Shown one piece after another: positions 8,901-19,889 of a DNA stretch of 64,000 bases; positions within the stretch are counted from its first letter, which is position 1; each line of letters begins with the position of its first letter. The notes under the pieces were generated by a model. That model was not told where the DNA came from, made no database searches, and saw only the letters and a program-made list of their open reading frames with translations. The stretch spans positions 128,001 through 192,000 of the forward strand of contig CAWJET010000001.1 in NCBI GenBank assembly GCA_963842085.1. Direction: 5' to 3'. The stretch is from an uncultured delta proteobacterium. GTDB taxonomy: Bacteria > Desulfobacterota > Binatia > Binatales > Binataceae. The position numbers and the translations under genes are program-made.

Positions 8901-9662
8901 ATGAGAACACTAACGGCAGGCGCCTTGGCGCTTGGCTTGATTGCGATTGCGGCCTCGGCAGCTCGCGCGGATACCTATGCCTGCGTAAACAATAGCTCAG
9001 GCGAAGTGAAGATTGTCCCGAGCTGCACTGTCGGGACTAATGCGAGCCCATGCCACCACAACGATACTTGCGACCTGATTTTCGCCTCGGGCACGATTCT
9101 ACAGCGACTGGCCGCGGACTTTCAGAATGACACCAGTCTAGGCGGCGAAGAGGTTGAAACGACCGCAACTCCAGCTGCTGGCGGTTTACTGGTATATTCG
9201 AAAACGCTCTCGATCCCGTTTGGCGTCGCCTACATTACGTTCTCCGCTCAAGGTGATGTGCACAACGGGTCGGCCATGCTGATGCAGGCCTCCGTCACCG
9301 ATTCATTGGGTAATGAAACGGTCTGCCAGCCATTGGCTGGGCAAACCGGCATCGGCGGCGGCGGACCGCACCTGTTCCCGGGATGGTACACTCTGCTGCA
9401 CCTGCCGCAACCGGGCACTGACACGGGCAACTGTAACGACGGTGGCGGGGGCACGGCAGACTGCCATGACAACAACATCATGTTCTCGTGCTGCTCTCAG
9501 ATAACGCCTGATACCGCGGCGACCACCCATACGGTCAAGATCAGACTTGCTGACCTGCCCGGAGGTGACCCCAACGTCGCCTTTTACGAAAGGTCGACTA
9601 TCTACATAGATGGGTCGCCGAATCCTGGCGGCAATCTTTGCACGGGAGTTGGACTTCCCTGA
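8901..9662 (+). CDS. Secreted Cys-rich hypothetical protein
   Basis: GGAGGAG RBS, signal peptide ending ARA|D, YACVNNSSGEVKIV N-terminal motif, several Cys. Confidence 0.8.
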   Translation: MRTLTAGALALGLIAIAASAARADTYACVNNSSGEVKIVPSCTVGTNASPCHHNDTCDLIFASGTILQRLAADFQNDTSLGGEEVETTATPAAGGLLVYSKTLSIPFGVAYITFSAQGDVHNGSAMLMQASVTDSLGNETVCQPLAGQTGIGGGGPHLFPGWYTLLHLPQPGTDTGNCNDGGGGTADCHDNNIMFSCCSQITPDTAATTHTVKIRLADLPGGDPNVAFYERSTIYIDGSPNPGGNLCTGVGLP

Positions 9663-9705
9663 CGAGTTGCTCTGATTGAAGCAGGCTCCACCGATTTCGG
9701 GCGTG

Positions 9706-9745
9706 AGCGCGCCGTGGCGGAAATCCCGCCGCGGCGCGCTTTCTT
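9706..9745. terminator. GC-rich hairpin between convergent genes
   Basis: agcgcgccgtggcgg-aaatc-ccgccgcggcgcgct followed by ttctt. Confidence 0.55.
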
Positions 9746-9829
9746 CCGGCGACCCGCAACGACCGCCGTGCGCACTCACATACAGAGAGTCGCGCGCACG
9801 AACTTCTGCTGCTGAACTCTCCAAGCCCC

Positions 9830-11158
9830 TTACGCCGACTGCGCATGCGCGCGCGGGCGTATCGACTCGGCCAGGTCGGCGGCAAACCTGCGCGCGTCTT
9901 CGGGCGGCAGGGTCGATATCGTCACGCGGATTCCGGGGGCGCTTTTGATTCGGTAACACTCGCCGGCGCGAATCGCCCATCCTTTCGCCGCCATCGCGTT
10001 CGTCACCGCCGCTTCTTCCGCAACGGGTACCCACACGTTCAGACCCGAGCGCCCGCGCGCCTCGATTCCGTGCGCCGCCAGCGCTTCGATCAGCGCGCGC
10101 CGCCGATGCGCGTAAGTATCGGCCGCGCGTTGCAACAGCGCCGGCGTCTCCGCATCCGCCCACATCATCGCGACGAGATCCTGCAGGATATGACTGACCC
10201 ATCGCGGGCCAAGACTCTGGCGCCCCTGCACGCGCGCGACCGTCAGCGCGTCACCCGCAACCACGCTCACCCGCAAATCGGGGCCGAGCGACTTCGACAC
10301 CGACCGCACCGTCGCCCAATGCTCGCGGCCCGCCGACAATGTGATCGCAGACGCACCCGACACCGGACCGGCATGGTCGTCCTCGATCAGCACGACATCC
10401 GGAAACGCGGCGAGCACGTGCCGCAACTCGGCCGCGCGCTTTCGATCGAGCGCGGCGCCGCTGGGATTCTGCGCACGCGGCGTCAGTATGAATGCCTTCG
10501 CGCCCAGCTTGAGCGCGCGCATCAAATCCGCAGCCAGCGGCCCCGAGTCATCGATCGCAACCGGCTCCGCCACCAGCGCCAGCGCCGCGACCAGGTCCAG
10601 CACGCCGGTGTAGCTCGGGTCTTCGACCGCGACGATGTCGCCCGGCCGCAAATGCGCCTGCAGCACGCGTTCGACCGCGTCGAGCGCGCCGCTGACAACC
10701 GCAATCGAATCCGCCACGACCGCGTCGCTCTTGAATTGCCGCGCAGCGAGTTTCACCAGTGCGGCGCGATTCTCGGCGTCGCCGTATCTGCCGGGGATTC
10801 CATCGAGCCGCGCGAGATACGGCTTCAGCCGCGGGAGCATCGCCGGGTCCGGCCCGCCGTCGGCCAGATTGCGCAGCCCCGGCGCCGGCGGCGGGAAGAC
10901 CGCCCGCGTCAGCAGCGGCGGCCGGCGATTGACTACTGTCCCGCGACGCCCCGCGCCGTGCACCAATCCGCGCACGCGCAGTGCGTTGTAGGCCGCCGCG
11001 ACGGTGGTTGGGCTGACGCCCAGCCGCGCCGCCAGCGCGCGCACCGTTGGCAGCCGCTCGCCGGCGCGCAGCCGACCGCTGCGAATTCCGTTTTCGATGC
11101 TGGCGGCGATCTGGTTGCCTGAGTCTCCGCGGATTTGATATTGTACCGATACGTTCAT
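9830..11158 (-). CDS. MocR/GntR-family PLP-dependent transcriptional regulator
   Basis: HTH (GERLPTVRALAARLGVSPTTVAAAY) plus aminotransferase domain (TPRAQNPSG, IEDDH, SVSKSLGPDLRV). Start chosen at MNVSVQ. Confidence 0.92.
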   Translation of the reverse strand: MNVSVQYQIRGDSGNQIAASIENGIRSGRLRAGERLPTVRALAARLGVSPTTVAAAYNALRVRGLVHGAGRRGTVVNRRPPLLTRAVFPPPAPGLRNLADGGPDPAMLPRLKPYLARLDGIPGRYGDAENRAALVKLAARQFKSDAVVADSIAVVSGALDAVERVLQAHLRPGDIVAVEDPSYTGVLDLVAALALVAEPVAIDDSGPLAADLMRALKLGAKAFILTPRAQNPSGAALDRKRAAELRHVLAAFPDVVLIEDDHAGPVSGASAITLSAGREHWATVRSVSKSLGPDLRVSVVAGDALTVARVQGRQSLGPRWVSHILQDLVAMMWADAETPALLQRAADTYAHRRRALIEALAAHGIEARGRSGLNVWVPVAEEAAVTNAMAAKGWAIRAGECYRIKSAPGIRVTISTLPPEDARRFAADLAESIRPRAHAQSA

Positions 11159-11189
11159 AGTTACGTACTGTAACAAAAGGGCGAGGCAG

Positions 11190-11918
11190 ATGGAAGAGAC
11201 AACGAGACGGTCAGTGCAGGCGGACAGGTTGGATTCACTGAAAAACGCGATCGCGCCAACCGCCCGCACCCGCGTCAAGCGTCTGCCCAAGCGCGCCTCC
11301 TACGACCGCGATGCGATTTACTCCGTCCTCGATACGGCGCTGGTATGCCACGTTGGTTTCGTCATCGGCGGCCAACCCTACGTGATACCCACGCTTCACG
11401 TTCGTATCGCCGACCGGCTCTATATTCACGGCTCGGCTGCGAGCCGGATGCTGGGCGCCGCGGCCGAGGGAACGCCGATCGCCGTCACGGTGACGCATAT
11501 CGACGGCCTGGTGCTGGCGCGCTCCGCGTTCCATCACTCGGTCAATTACCGTTCCGTCGTGATTCTGGGCGCGGCTACTCTGGTGGCTGAGCCGGCGGAG
11601 AAGTTCGCCGTGATGAAGGGGCTGATCGATCACGTCGCGCCCGGCCGCTGGGATCATATTCGGCATCCCAGCGAAAAGGAGCTGGCTGCCACGTCGGTTC
11701 TGTCGATTCCGATCGTGGAGGCGTCGGCCAAGCTCCGCAGCGGCGGCCCGCTCGACGACGAAGCAGACTACGCGCTGCCGGTTTGGGCGGGACAGATTCC
11801 GTTTGCGATGAAAGCGATGGCGCCGGTCGCCGCTGCGCGTCTGGATGCGTCGATTCCGATTCCCGCGCACGTGACCGAGTACGCGTTGCCCTTGAATCGA
11901 GGAGCAAGAGTCACATGA
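11190..11918 (+). CDS. Pyridoxamine 5'-phosphate oxidase-like flavin-binding protein (NimA-like)
   Basis: RASYDR...LD...CHVGF, LYIHGS, DGLVLARSAFHHSVNYRSV, WAG; divergent from the MocR gene. Confidence 0.9.
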   Translation: MEETTRRSVQADRLDSLKNAIAPTARTRVKRLPKRASYDRDAIYSVLDTALVCHVGFVIGGQPYVIPTLHVRIADRLYIHGSAASRMLGAAAEGTPIAVTVTHIDGLVLARSAFHHSVNYRSVVILGAATLVAEPAEKFAVMKGLIDHVAPGRWDHIRHPSEKELAATSVLSIPIVEASAKLRSGGPLDDEADYALPVWAGQIPFAMKAMAPVAAARLDASIPIPAHVTEYALPLNRGARVT

Positions 11919-12370
11919 CAGCGATGGTGGTGATGGAGATGGGCAGATTTCTGATCAGCACGGATCGGTCGAAGCTCGACGTCGACGTGATTCACAGGTT
12001 TCTCGCGCGCTCGTACTGGGCGGCTGGAATCCCACGCGCGACGGTCGCTCGATCGATCGAAAATTCGTTGTGCTTCGGCGTTTACGACAATGCCCGCCAG
12101 ATCGGTTTCGCGCGCGCGATCTCCGACTTCGCGACGTACGCGTACATCGCCGACATCTTCATCCTCGAGCCCTACCGCGAACGCGGGTTGGGCAAGGAGT
12201 TGATTGCCTCGATCATGGCGCATCCGGATCTGCAGGGGCTGCGGCGGTGGAGTCTCGGCACGCGCGACGCGCAAGGGCTATATGCGCAGTTCGGCTTCAA
12301 GCCGGTCGCCAACACGCGGGCGCGCACGGTCATGGAAATCGTGGACCCCGGGATCTATTCGCGTTCTTGA
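11915..12370 (+). CDS. GNAT N-acetyltransferase
   Basis: ISTD..KLD...IHRFL..SYWA, QIGFAR.ISD, R.RGLGK, TRDAQGLY..FGF; ATGA overlap with the upstream gene. Confidence 0.9.
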   Translation: MTAMVVMEMGRFLISTDRSKLDVDVIHRFLARSYWAAGIPRATVARSIENSLCFGVYDNARQIGFARAISDFATYAYIADIFILEPYRERGLGKELIASIMAHPDLQGLRRWSLGTRDAQGLYAQFGFKPVANTRARTVMEIVDPGIYSRS

Positions 12371-12484
12371 ACGGCCCGCATCGACGTTCTATATAACAAG
12401 TGTTAGGGACCGCAGCCGCCGGCTGACGCTCGTCGTGGGCGCGGCAACGGTGCGCATCAGGCGATCCTCACGCGGGAGGCACTA

Positions 12485-13678
12485 ATGGATTTCAAGTTCA
12501 GCGCCGAAGACGAGGCGTTTCGCCAGGAGTTTCGCAGTTGGCTCAAGGCCAACCTGCCCAAGGCAGGAAAGGGCGAGGACGACGGCGACTTCATGCGCGA
12601 AAGCAGCGCGGACGACTGGAAGCGGCGGCTCGAGTGGCACAAGAAGATGCACGCGGGCGGCTGGGTCGGAATAAGCTGGCCCAAGGAGTACGGCGGACGC
12701 GGCGCCACGCTCACGCAGCAGATCATCTACAACGAGGAGCTCTCGAAAGTTAACTCGCCGATGCTGGTCAACGGACTGGGCATCATGCTGGTCGGTCCGA
12801 CGATCATTCATTGGGGCACCGAGGAGCAGAAGAAGAAGCACATTCCGAAAATTCTTTCGGCAGACGAACTGTGGTGCCAGGGATACTCCGAGCCCGGCGC
12901 CGGCTCCGACGTGGCCAGCCTGCAGACGCGCGCCGTCGAGGAAGGCGACTACTTTATCGTCAACGGCCAGAAGGTGTGGACCTCGGACGCGCATCACGCG
13001 GACATGTGTATCCTGCTGGTGCGCACCGATCCCGACGCGCCCAAGCACAAGGGAATCAGCTATATCCTGGTCGACATGCACAGTCCCGGCGTGACCGTGC
13101 GCCCGCTGGTGCAGATCACGGGCGACGCGAATTTCAACGAGGTCTTCTTCGAGGACGTGAAGGTGCCGAAGAAGAACCTGATCGGCGAGAAGAACCAGGG
13201 ATGGCAGGTCGCGATCACCACGCTGATGTTCGAGCGGTCGGGAATCGGCGGCGGCCGCGACATGATGGGCCAGGTCCGGGAGCTGGTCGAGCTGGCCAAG
13301 ACCGTCCGCAGCAACGGGCACACGGCGTGGGAGGACACCAGCGTGCGCCAGAAGCTCGGAGGTTTTGCGTGCGAGGCGGCGGCGTTGCGCTACACGGGCT
13401 TTCGGCAACTGACGCGTAGGCTCAAGGGCCTGCCGCCGGGGCCCGAGGGCTCCGTGCTCAAGCTATGCACCAGCGAACTCAATTTGCGCATGAACAAATT
13501 CGCGATGGAGATGCTGGGGCCGTACAGCCAGATGGAATTCAAGGCGCCGCATGCGCTGGACAAGGGCAAGTGGTCGTACCGGATGCTCGCATCGCGGGCG
13601 CTGACGATCGCGGGCGGCACCAGCGAAATCCAGCACAACATTATCGGCGAGCGCGTGCTCGGATTGCCCAAGGGCTAG
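12485..13678 (+). CDS. Acyl-CoA dehydrogenase
   Basis: WCQGYSEPGAGSD, NGQKVWTS, FNEVFF, TIAGGTSEIQ.NII.ER.LGLP. Confidence 0.95.
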   Translation: MDFKFSAEDEAFRQEFRSWLKANLPKAGKGEDDGDFMRESSADDWKRRLEWHKKMHAGGWVGISWPKEYGGRGATLTQQIIYNEELSKVNSPMLVNGLGIMLVGPTIIHWGTEEQKKKHIPKILSADELWCQGYSEPGAGSDVASLQTRAVEEGDYFIVNGQKVWTSDAHHADMCILLVRTDPDAPKHKGISYILVDMHSPGVTVRPLVQITGDANFNEVFFEDVKVPKKNLIGEKNQGWQVAITTLMFERSGIGGGRDMMGQVRELVELAKTVRSNGHTAWEDTSVRQKLGGFACEAAALRYTGFRQLTRRLKGLPPGPEGSVLKLCTSELNLRMNKFAMEMLGPYSQMEFKAPHALDKGKWSYRMLASRALTIAGGTSEIQHNIIGERVLGLPKG

Positions 13679-13702
13679 CCATTTTCAACTGAGCAATCGA
13701 CG

Positions 13703-13737
13703 AAGGGCGGCCCCGCGGCGGGTCGCCTTTTTTTTTT
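13703..13737 (+). terminator. Rho-independent terminator
   Basis: gggcggccc...gggtcgcc stem followed by a long T run, just after the ACAD stop. Confidence 0.8.
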
Positions 13738-13756
13738 GCGATGCAAGGAGACGGAC

Positions 13757-14273
13757 ATGGATGGCAAACTGGTCAGGTTGAGAGCTTACGAAAAATCCGA
13801 TCTCGACGCCGTGATGAAATGGGTCAACGACGAGGAAGTCACCGATTTGCTCGGCGGTGCAATGCTCACCTATCCGGTGTCGTCAAGCGCGGAGGAAAAG
13901 TTCATCGAAGCAGCCGCCGGTTCTTCGGAGAAGCAGAAGAACTTCGTGATCGAGACGCTCGCGGACCGACGGTACATCGGTACGATTTCGTTCAACGTGA
14001 TCGACTGGCTCAATCGCAGCGCCGGCCTGGGAATCGTGATCGGCGACAAGTCATTGTGGGGCAAAGGCTACGGCACCGACGCGGCTCGGCTTCGACAAGA
14101 TGAACCTGCATCGCCTATGGCTGCACGTTCACGAATACAACCAGCGCGCGATCGCGTCGTACGAAAAATTCACGCGCGAAGGAGTGCTGCGCCAGGAGCA
14201 TTTCAGGCGCGGCTGTTATCACGACACGATCGTGATGGGGATTCTCGAAAGCGAGTATCGCGCCATCGCGTAG
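13757..14273 (+). pseudogene. RimJ/RimL-type GNAT acetyltransferase, frameshifted near 14082
   Basis: First frame reaches GKGYGTDA; another frame continues RLGFDKMNLHRLWLHVHEYNQRAIASYEK.FTREGVLR...DTIVMGILESEY*. Confidence 0.8.
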
Positions 14274-14282
14274 CGCGCATAA

Positions 14283-17200
14283 CTACTGGCCGGTTCCCGT
14301 TAGGTTCACGGTTCGCGGCCCGCTCGAGCCGTTGTTGTTGATCGTGAGGAGGCCCTGTCGCAGTCCGACTGCGGTTGGAGCGAAGACGACGGCGTATTTG
14401 CATTTCTTTTTTGGTTTCAAGCTACCGCCACAGACCTTCGACAGCGCGAAGTCGCCGCTCACCTGCGCACCTATCAGCAAAATCGAGACGTTGCCGGAGT
14501 TGTGCGCGGTTATTTTCTTGGCCTTGCTCCGCCTTCCCAGCTTCGCGGTAAAACTCGCAGCGGTTGGCGAAACAACCAGCGACGCCGCCACGGTCGGCAT
14601 CGGCGTCGGCGTGAATGTTGCGGTTGCGGTGGGCGTAGCGGTCGCCGTCGGAGTGGATGTCGGCGTCGCCGATGCGACCGGGGTGCGAACCGCGGTGGCC
14701 GTCGCGGACGCTGTCGCCGTCACCGTGGCGGTGGCCGTAGCGGTCGCTGTCCGCGATGCGGTTGCGGTGGCCGTCGCGGTAGGCGTCGCGCTTGCGGTGG
14801 CGGTGACGGTGGCAGTCGCCGTCGGCGACGGCGTGCCCGTACCGGTCGCGGTGGTAGTTGCAGTCGCGGTACGTGTTGACGATGCGGTCGCGGACGCCGT
14901 GGCGGTAAGCGTAGCGCTCGGCGTCGCGCTCGCGGTGGGCGACGCGGTGCGGGTGGCAGTGGCCGTGATTGACGGGTCCGGCGTTGGAGTTGTGGTTGCG
15001 GAGCCCGTGGCGGAGGCGTCGGCGACGGCGTCACGCCCGGCGAGCCCTCGCCCGACAACTCGAATATCCCGCGCCCGTGGGTTGCGGCGAAGACGACCCC
15101 GCTCAGATTTTGCTCGATATCGAAAACCCCGACCGCCGGAACCGTCCCGAGGTTGAACGGAGCCCACGTCGTTCCGCCGTCGGTCGTTCTGAAAATGCCA
15201 ATGTCGGTCGCGGCCAGCACGGTGTTCGCCGTCGGGTCATTGCGATCGACCAGCAGTCGCAGAACTGGAACGTCGGGCAGCGCATTCGCGGGCGGCGGAC
15301 TCAGGAGATCCGGATTGCCGTCGGCCTGGATCCACGAGCCGCCGAAGTCCGTCGTCACGAAAACGTGACCCATGCCGGTCGCAGCGGTGAACCCCGAAAG
15401 GCTTAGCCAGGCGACGCTGGAATCGAACGGGTCGATCGCGATTCCGGTCGCCTGCGTGGAATCCGGAAACACTATTGGCGGCAGTTGTGCGGTCTCGTCG
15501 ATCCAGTGCGCACCTTCGGGCTGGCCGGGGTTGACCTGGATATCGGCCTGGTCGGTGGTGAAGATTTTGAAGGGCGTTGGACGAAAGGTGGTGCTGGTCT
15601 CCATCGAGAGCGCGTACGCCCTGGTAGGGTCCGAAGGCGCGATCTCGAGGTCCTCGAGCGCGCACGCGCCGCTGTTGCATCCGCCGGTCAAATCCTGGGT
15701 CGTTTGCGGCGCCCATGTCGCCATCCCGTCGTTCGACACGTAAACCGAATGCGCGCCGAACAACACGCGCTGGGCGACGGCCGGATCGCTCGCGAGCGGC
15801 GGGAAATAAGCCGCACCGCGATCGCCCGCCGCCGTCATCGCGGCCTGCAGCGCGGCGCTCGAAGAGGCGGAGCTGAAGGTGGCTCCGCCGTCGGTCGAGC
15901 GCGCGACCCATGGACCGGCCGCGGTGGTCGCGAACGTATGATAGGCGAACAGCGGATTGAGCGTGTCGAAAAGCGCGAATCCACCGTCGAGGTTGTCCAC
16001 CTCGGTCCAGCTCGACGCCGGCGGCTGCGCAGCGTTGTAGCGCGCCGTGCCATTGTCCTGAAAGCCGGCGATCGCCACGGTGCTGTCCGTCGGATGAGGT
16101 CCGACAGACTGGGCCTGGGCAGCGCTGATGCTCGCGTTGAGCGTCGCCCAGCCCTGCGTGCCCGCGTCGAAGCGATAGAGTCCGCCGTCGTTGCCGAGGT
16201 AGAAGCTGTGCGCGCTTGTGGGATCGAACGCGATCGCGTGCTGGTCCGAATGCGTTCCACCGCTCGGCGCTGGCGATGTCCAGGTGGTGCCGCCGTTGGT
16301 CGAGCGGTAGATGCCGACGCCGCCAAACACGACGGTCGCGCCGGTCGCGTAGCGTCGGCCGGATCGATCGCCAGCGCCTGGTCGAAGAATGACAGCGAGA
16401 AGTTGCTCGCGCTGGATCCGTCGATAGTTACGCCGCCGACCGTCGCGCTCGGCACCGACGCCTTGGTCCAGGTGACGCCGTCGTTGGCGGAATCCCGCGA
16501 GCTCCATGCCGTCCGCCGCCCCGACCATCGCGTAGGCAACCCCGCCCGCGGCAGCCACGCTCGCGCGGCCGACGCCGCCAGTCAGGTTGGGCAGGCTCGC
16601 TTGCGTCCAACTGAATCCGGAATTCGACGAGCGGAACACGCCGACGCCGAGAATCGAAACCAGCACGGCGGTCGGTGACGCGGGATCGATCGCCACCGAC
16701 TCTGCCGGACATGGATCGTTGGTGAAATACGGGCAGGCGCCGAAGGTCCCCGCCGGATACGAAATCCAGGACGCGCCGCCGTCGCCCGAGCGCCACAGGC
16801 CGTTTTGACTGAAATCGCCCTCGACCCACGACGCGTCCGCCCGGTTCGCGCTCGAGCCGTAGGTCACCGCGGCGTAGATTGTTCGCGGCGTTTGCGTGGT
16901 ATCGACCGCGAGCGAGGCGATCGACGCGTGCGCGAATTCGCTGGCGCCAAGTTGCGTCCAGGTGACGCCAAGATCGCTCGAAACGAACACTCCCTCGCCA
17001 TAGTACGCGTCGGCCGATCCGTTGCCTTCGCCGCTGCCGACATAGAGCGTTGGATTTGGACTGGTGGTCGTATCGAGCGCAAGCGCGCCGACCGACAGCG
17101 TGGGCCCCGGATCGAATATCGGTACGAACGCCGCCGTCCCATTGGCACGCATCCACACTCCGCCGTCGCCCGTGCCGACGAACATCCGTCCGCTCACGGT

Positions 17201-17638
17201 CGGGTCTGTGACTGCTGCGGTGACTCGTCCCGTCACGCCGGCCAGCGCAGTCCCGATCGCAACTCCGCCAAAAGTCGGAATCTCATTAGTCAACGGCAGA
17301 GGACCAAGCGCACTCCACGCAAATGAACCTCCCGCTTGGGTCGAAGCAGTCGTGTCGACGCCGGCACCTGCAACTGCATTGCGCTCCTGCCGGCGCATCT
17401 GTGCGATCGCCGTGTGATACGCACCAGCCGGCACTCCAAAGTTCAGACCGCGCTTGCTCACGAAGAATGCCTCGCGCGCCACACGCTCGCGCGCGTGCAG
17501 CGCTCCGATCGAGTTGCGGTCATCGCGCGCTGATCGCGACGTCGCGCGCTGCGGGAAGGACAGAATTACCCCGAGCCCGGCAGCGATCAGCAAGCCGCCG
17601 GCGGCGACGAAAATCAATGGCGAGACACCCCTGGGCAA
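14283..17638 (-). pseudogene. Large secreted BNR/Asp-box beta-propeller protein with Thr/Ala linker and C-terminal ASH-like Ig domain; three frameshifts
   Basis: Repeated S.DGG.TW motifs and LYVGSGEGN. Frame changes near 16490, 16350 and 15020. The tail frame has TATATAT repeats and C..L.P...C...V.F.P...G...G.LTI. Confidence 0.8.
14590..15030 (-). repeat. Low-complexity Thr/Ala/Pro linker repeat
   Basis: (gcgacc/gccacc/acggcg)n encoding TATATAT/PTPT. Confidence 0.85.
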
Positions 17639-17848
17639 AGCGAAGACCCCCCTTCGGCCTGCATCCAGTAGTCACTCTACTCCTACATTATATACGAACC
17701 AATTATGTAATGAGTATCTAATCGATTATCTATTTAGTATTGATTGGGTCTATCTGAGTATTCGTTCGCCTACGCTAGGCAGCACTTGGCCCTGCCGCTG
17801 TACGCGGAATGGTCTGGATGCTCGACGAATGAATCTGGGCTACGGCGG

Positions 17849-18760
17849 TCAGGCTGCGGCGATTCGGAAGCCAATCTTCGGGAAGTGATTCACAATCCTG
17901 CCCAGTTCCGGCACGTCGCGTTCGATTGCGATCTCGTGAATCGTGCTGACAACCACTCTTCCGGTCACCGGATCGAAGGCGTAGTCGTCCGGCATCACCG
18001 AGACGCGAGTCCCGGCCCTGAGTCCGTTTGGATCGCGCTCGTCGACGTTCTCGTCAGTGGCGGGAGTGCTGTCCTGCGCCACCTTCAGAGCTTCGTCGGG
18101 ATCCATCGGGCGCACGTCGCCGTAACCCATCGCGTCGATTCGCTCGAACCAGCGCATCAGGTGCGAAAACTTTTGCGCGAGGCCAAACGCGGTCGGTTCC
18201 ATGCGCAGGAACCATACCGGATGAAAACAGGCGGCGTCGGCCAGGCTGAACGAATCGCCCAACAGAAAAGGCCGGCTCGCGAGTTGGCGATCGAGAATTT
18301 CAAGGAGCGCGCGCAACTGGTTTCGAGAATCAGGGGCGCTGCGCGCAATCTCGCCGAAGTTCGCGCCCGGCATCATCTTTGAACGATCCTCGATGAATTC
18401 CTTGGGCACCATCGCGGCGAGTTTCTCGAAAATCACGGGCGTCGTGGACCAGAACAGCCGGCGGTCGGCCCATTGATTCATCGTGTCGGCGGCCGCGGTG
18501 AGTCCTTGGGGATAAATCGCCGGCGCGGGTTTCAGCTCGTCGATTTTCCTAACGATGATTCCGGTGTCGCACCATACGTCGGCGCCGATTTGGAGCACCG
18601 GGATGCGCCGATAGCCGCCCGTGAGCGGCACCAGCTTGGGCTTCGGCATGATCACCGGCTGCTCGACCGAGCGCCAGCTCATTTTCTTGTGCGCGAAGAT
18701 CTTGCGGATTTTCTCGGAGAACGGCGAGGTCGGATATTGATGCAGAATTATTTCGTCCAC
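17849..18760 (-). CDS. Glutathione S-transferase family protein
   Basis: HQYPTSPFSEKIR, GGYRRIPVLQIGAD..CDT, FLLGD..SLAD, HFPKIGF. Confidence 0.92.
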   Translation of the reverse strand: MDEIILHQYPTSPFSEKIRKIFAHKKMSWRSVEQPVIMPKPKLVPLTGGYRRIPVLQIGADVWCDTGIIVRKIDELKPAPAIYPQGLTAAADTMNQWADRRLFWSTTPVIFEKLAAMVPKEFIEDRSKMMPGANFGEIARSAPDSRNQLRALLEILDRQLASRPFLLGDSFSLADAACFHPVWFLRMEPTAFGLAQKFSHLMRWFERIDAMGYGDVRPMDPDEALKVAQDSTPATDENVDERDPNGLRAGTRVSVMPDDYAFDPVTGRVVVSTIHEIAIERDVPELGRIVNHFPKIGFRIAAA

Positions 18761-18852
18761 GACAGCCTCCGGCGAAACCGATTTGCGGGAACGATCCTCT
18801 TCTTAGCGCATTGAATTTTCGCTCGCTACCCGAAAACTGATAGGTTCGCGCC

Positions 18853-19506
18853 ATGTACGGCCATCACGAATTCGATTTGTACGAAGCAATCTACACCACC
18901 CGCTCGATGCGGCGGCTGAAGCCCGATCCGGTCAAGCCGGATCTGATCGTCAAGGTGATCGAGGCGGCTACGATGGGTCCCAGCGGGCATAATCGGCAGC
19001 CGTGGTTTTTCATCGTCGTCACCGAGCGCGAGGCGAAAAATTTCATCGCGGAACGTTACGCCAGGGCGTGGGACGCCATCTTCACGCCGGCCGAACGCGA
19101 AGTTGTAGCCAACGATCCGGGCAGCCAGCGCGGGCGAAATTTGCGGTCGGCAAAGTACCTCGCCGAGCATATCGCCGACGTGCCCGTGATGATCTTCGCG
19201 TGCGTGAAAAGATACACCGATCGCGCGCGCGCCGGGCAGCCGATGTGGGGCGCGATTTACCCGGCGATTCAGAATCTGTGCCTGGCGGCGCGCGGCTACG
19301 GACTGGGCACCTCGATCACCGGGATGCATTCGATGTTCGCCAGGGAAATCGACGCGATGCTCGGCGTGCCGCCCGAATATGCCAACGTGATCCTGATTCC
19401 GATGGGTTACCCGAAGGGACGATGGGCGCGCCCCGATCGCAAGCCGGCGCTGCAGGTAACGTTCTGGGAGAAATGGGGCAGCAGGCGCGAGAGTGTGCGC
19501 GATTGA
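18853..19506 (+). CDS. Nitroreductase family protein
   Basis: RSMRRLKPDPV, PSGHNRQPW.F.VV, IYPAIQNL.LAAR..GLG, IPMGYP. Confidence 0.92.
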   Translation: MYGHHEFDLYEAIYTTRSMRRLKPDPVKPDLIVKVIEAATMGPSGHNRQPWFFIVVTEREAKNFIAERYARAWDAIFTPAEREVVANDPGSQRGRNLRSAKYLAEHIADVPVMIFACVKRYTDRARAGQPMWGAIYPAIQNLCLAARGYGLGTSITGMHSMFAREIDAMLGVPPEYANVILIPMGYPKGRWARPDRKPALQVTFWEKWGSRRESVRD

Positions 19507-19527
19507 ATCGAGCGGCGCGCGGCGGCC

Positions 19528-19743
19528 TCAGGCGTCGAGCATGGCGAGCACGAAATTGCGCTGAATCTGATCGCCCGGCTTGACCCGAAACTCCGCGATG
19601 CGCCCGCCGGCCGGCGCTTTGACCGGTATCTCGACCTTCATCGACTCGATCACCATCACTTCGTCGCCGCGCGCGATCTGCGCGCCGAGCGCGACCGAGA
19701 GTCGGATCACCTTGCCCACCGAGGGGCTCTTTATCTCCACCAC
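19528..19743 (-). CDS. Biotin carboxyl carrier (biotinyl domain) protein
   Basis: IESMKVEIPV.AP..G; GTG start with GAAGGA RBS. Confidence 0.88.
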   Translation of the reverse strand: MVEIKSPSVGKVIRLSVALGAQIARGDEVMVIESMKVEIPVKAPAGGRIAEFRVKPGDQIQRNFVLAMLDA

Positions 19744-19889
19744 TCTGCCGTCCTTCTCGAGGCTTGTGGGGCGTCTTAGCAAGCGCGGCGCGCGCGCACC
19801 AGTGCTCGAAGAGTGCGCCTTGTGTTTGCGGCCCCCTTGGTTGTAGAGAAACTAAATCAACGCGCTCGCCGCGCTAATGGGGAAACGGC

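Noticed and set aside
17670-17765. AT-rich tract with weak dyad symmetry upstream of the BNR gene
   Set aside because: Probably a promoter region, but no specific site could be defined.
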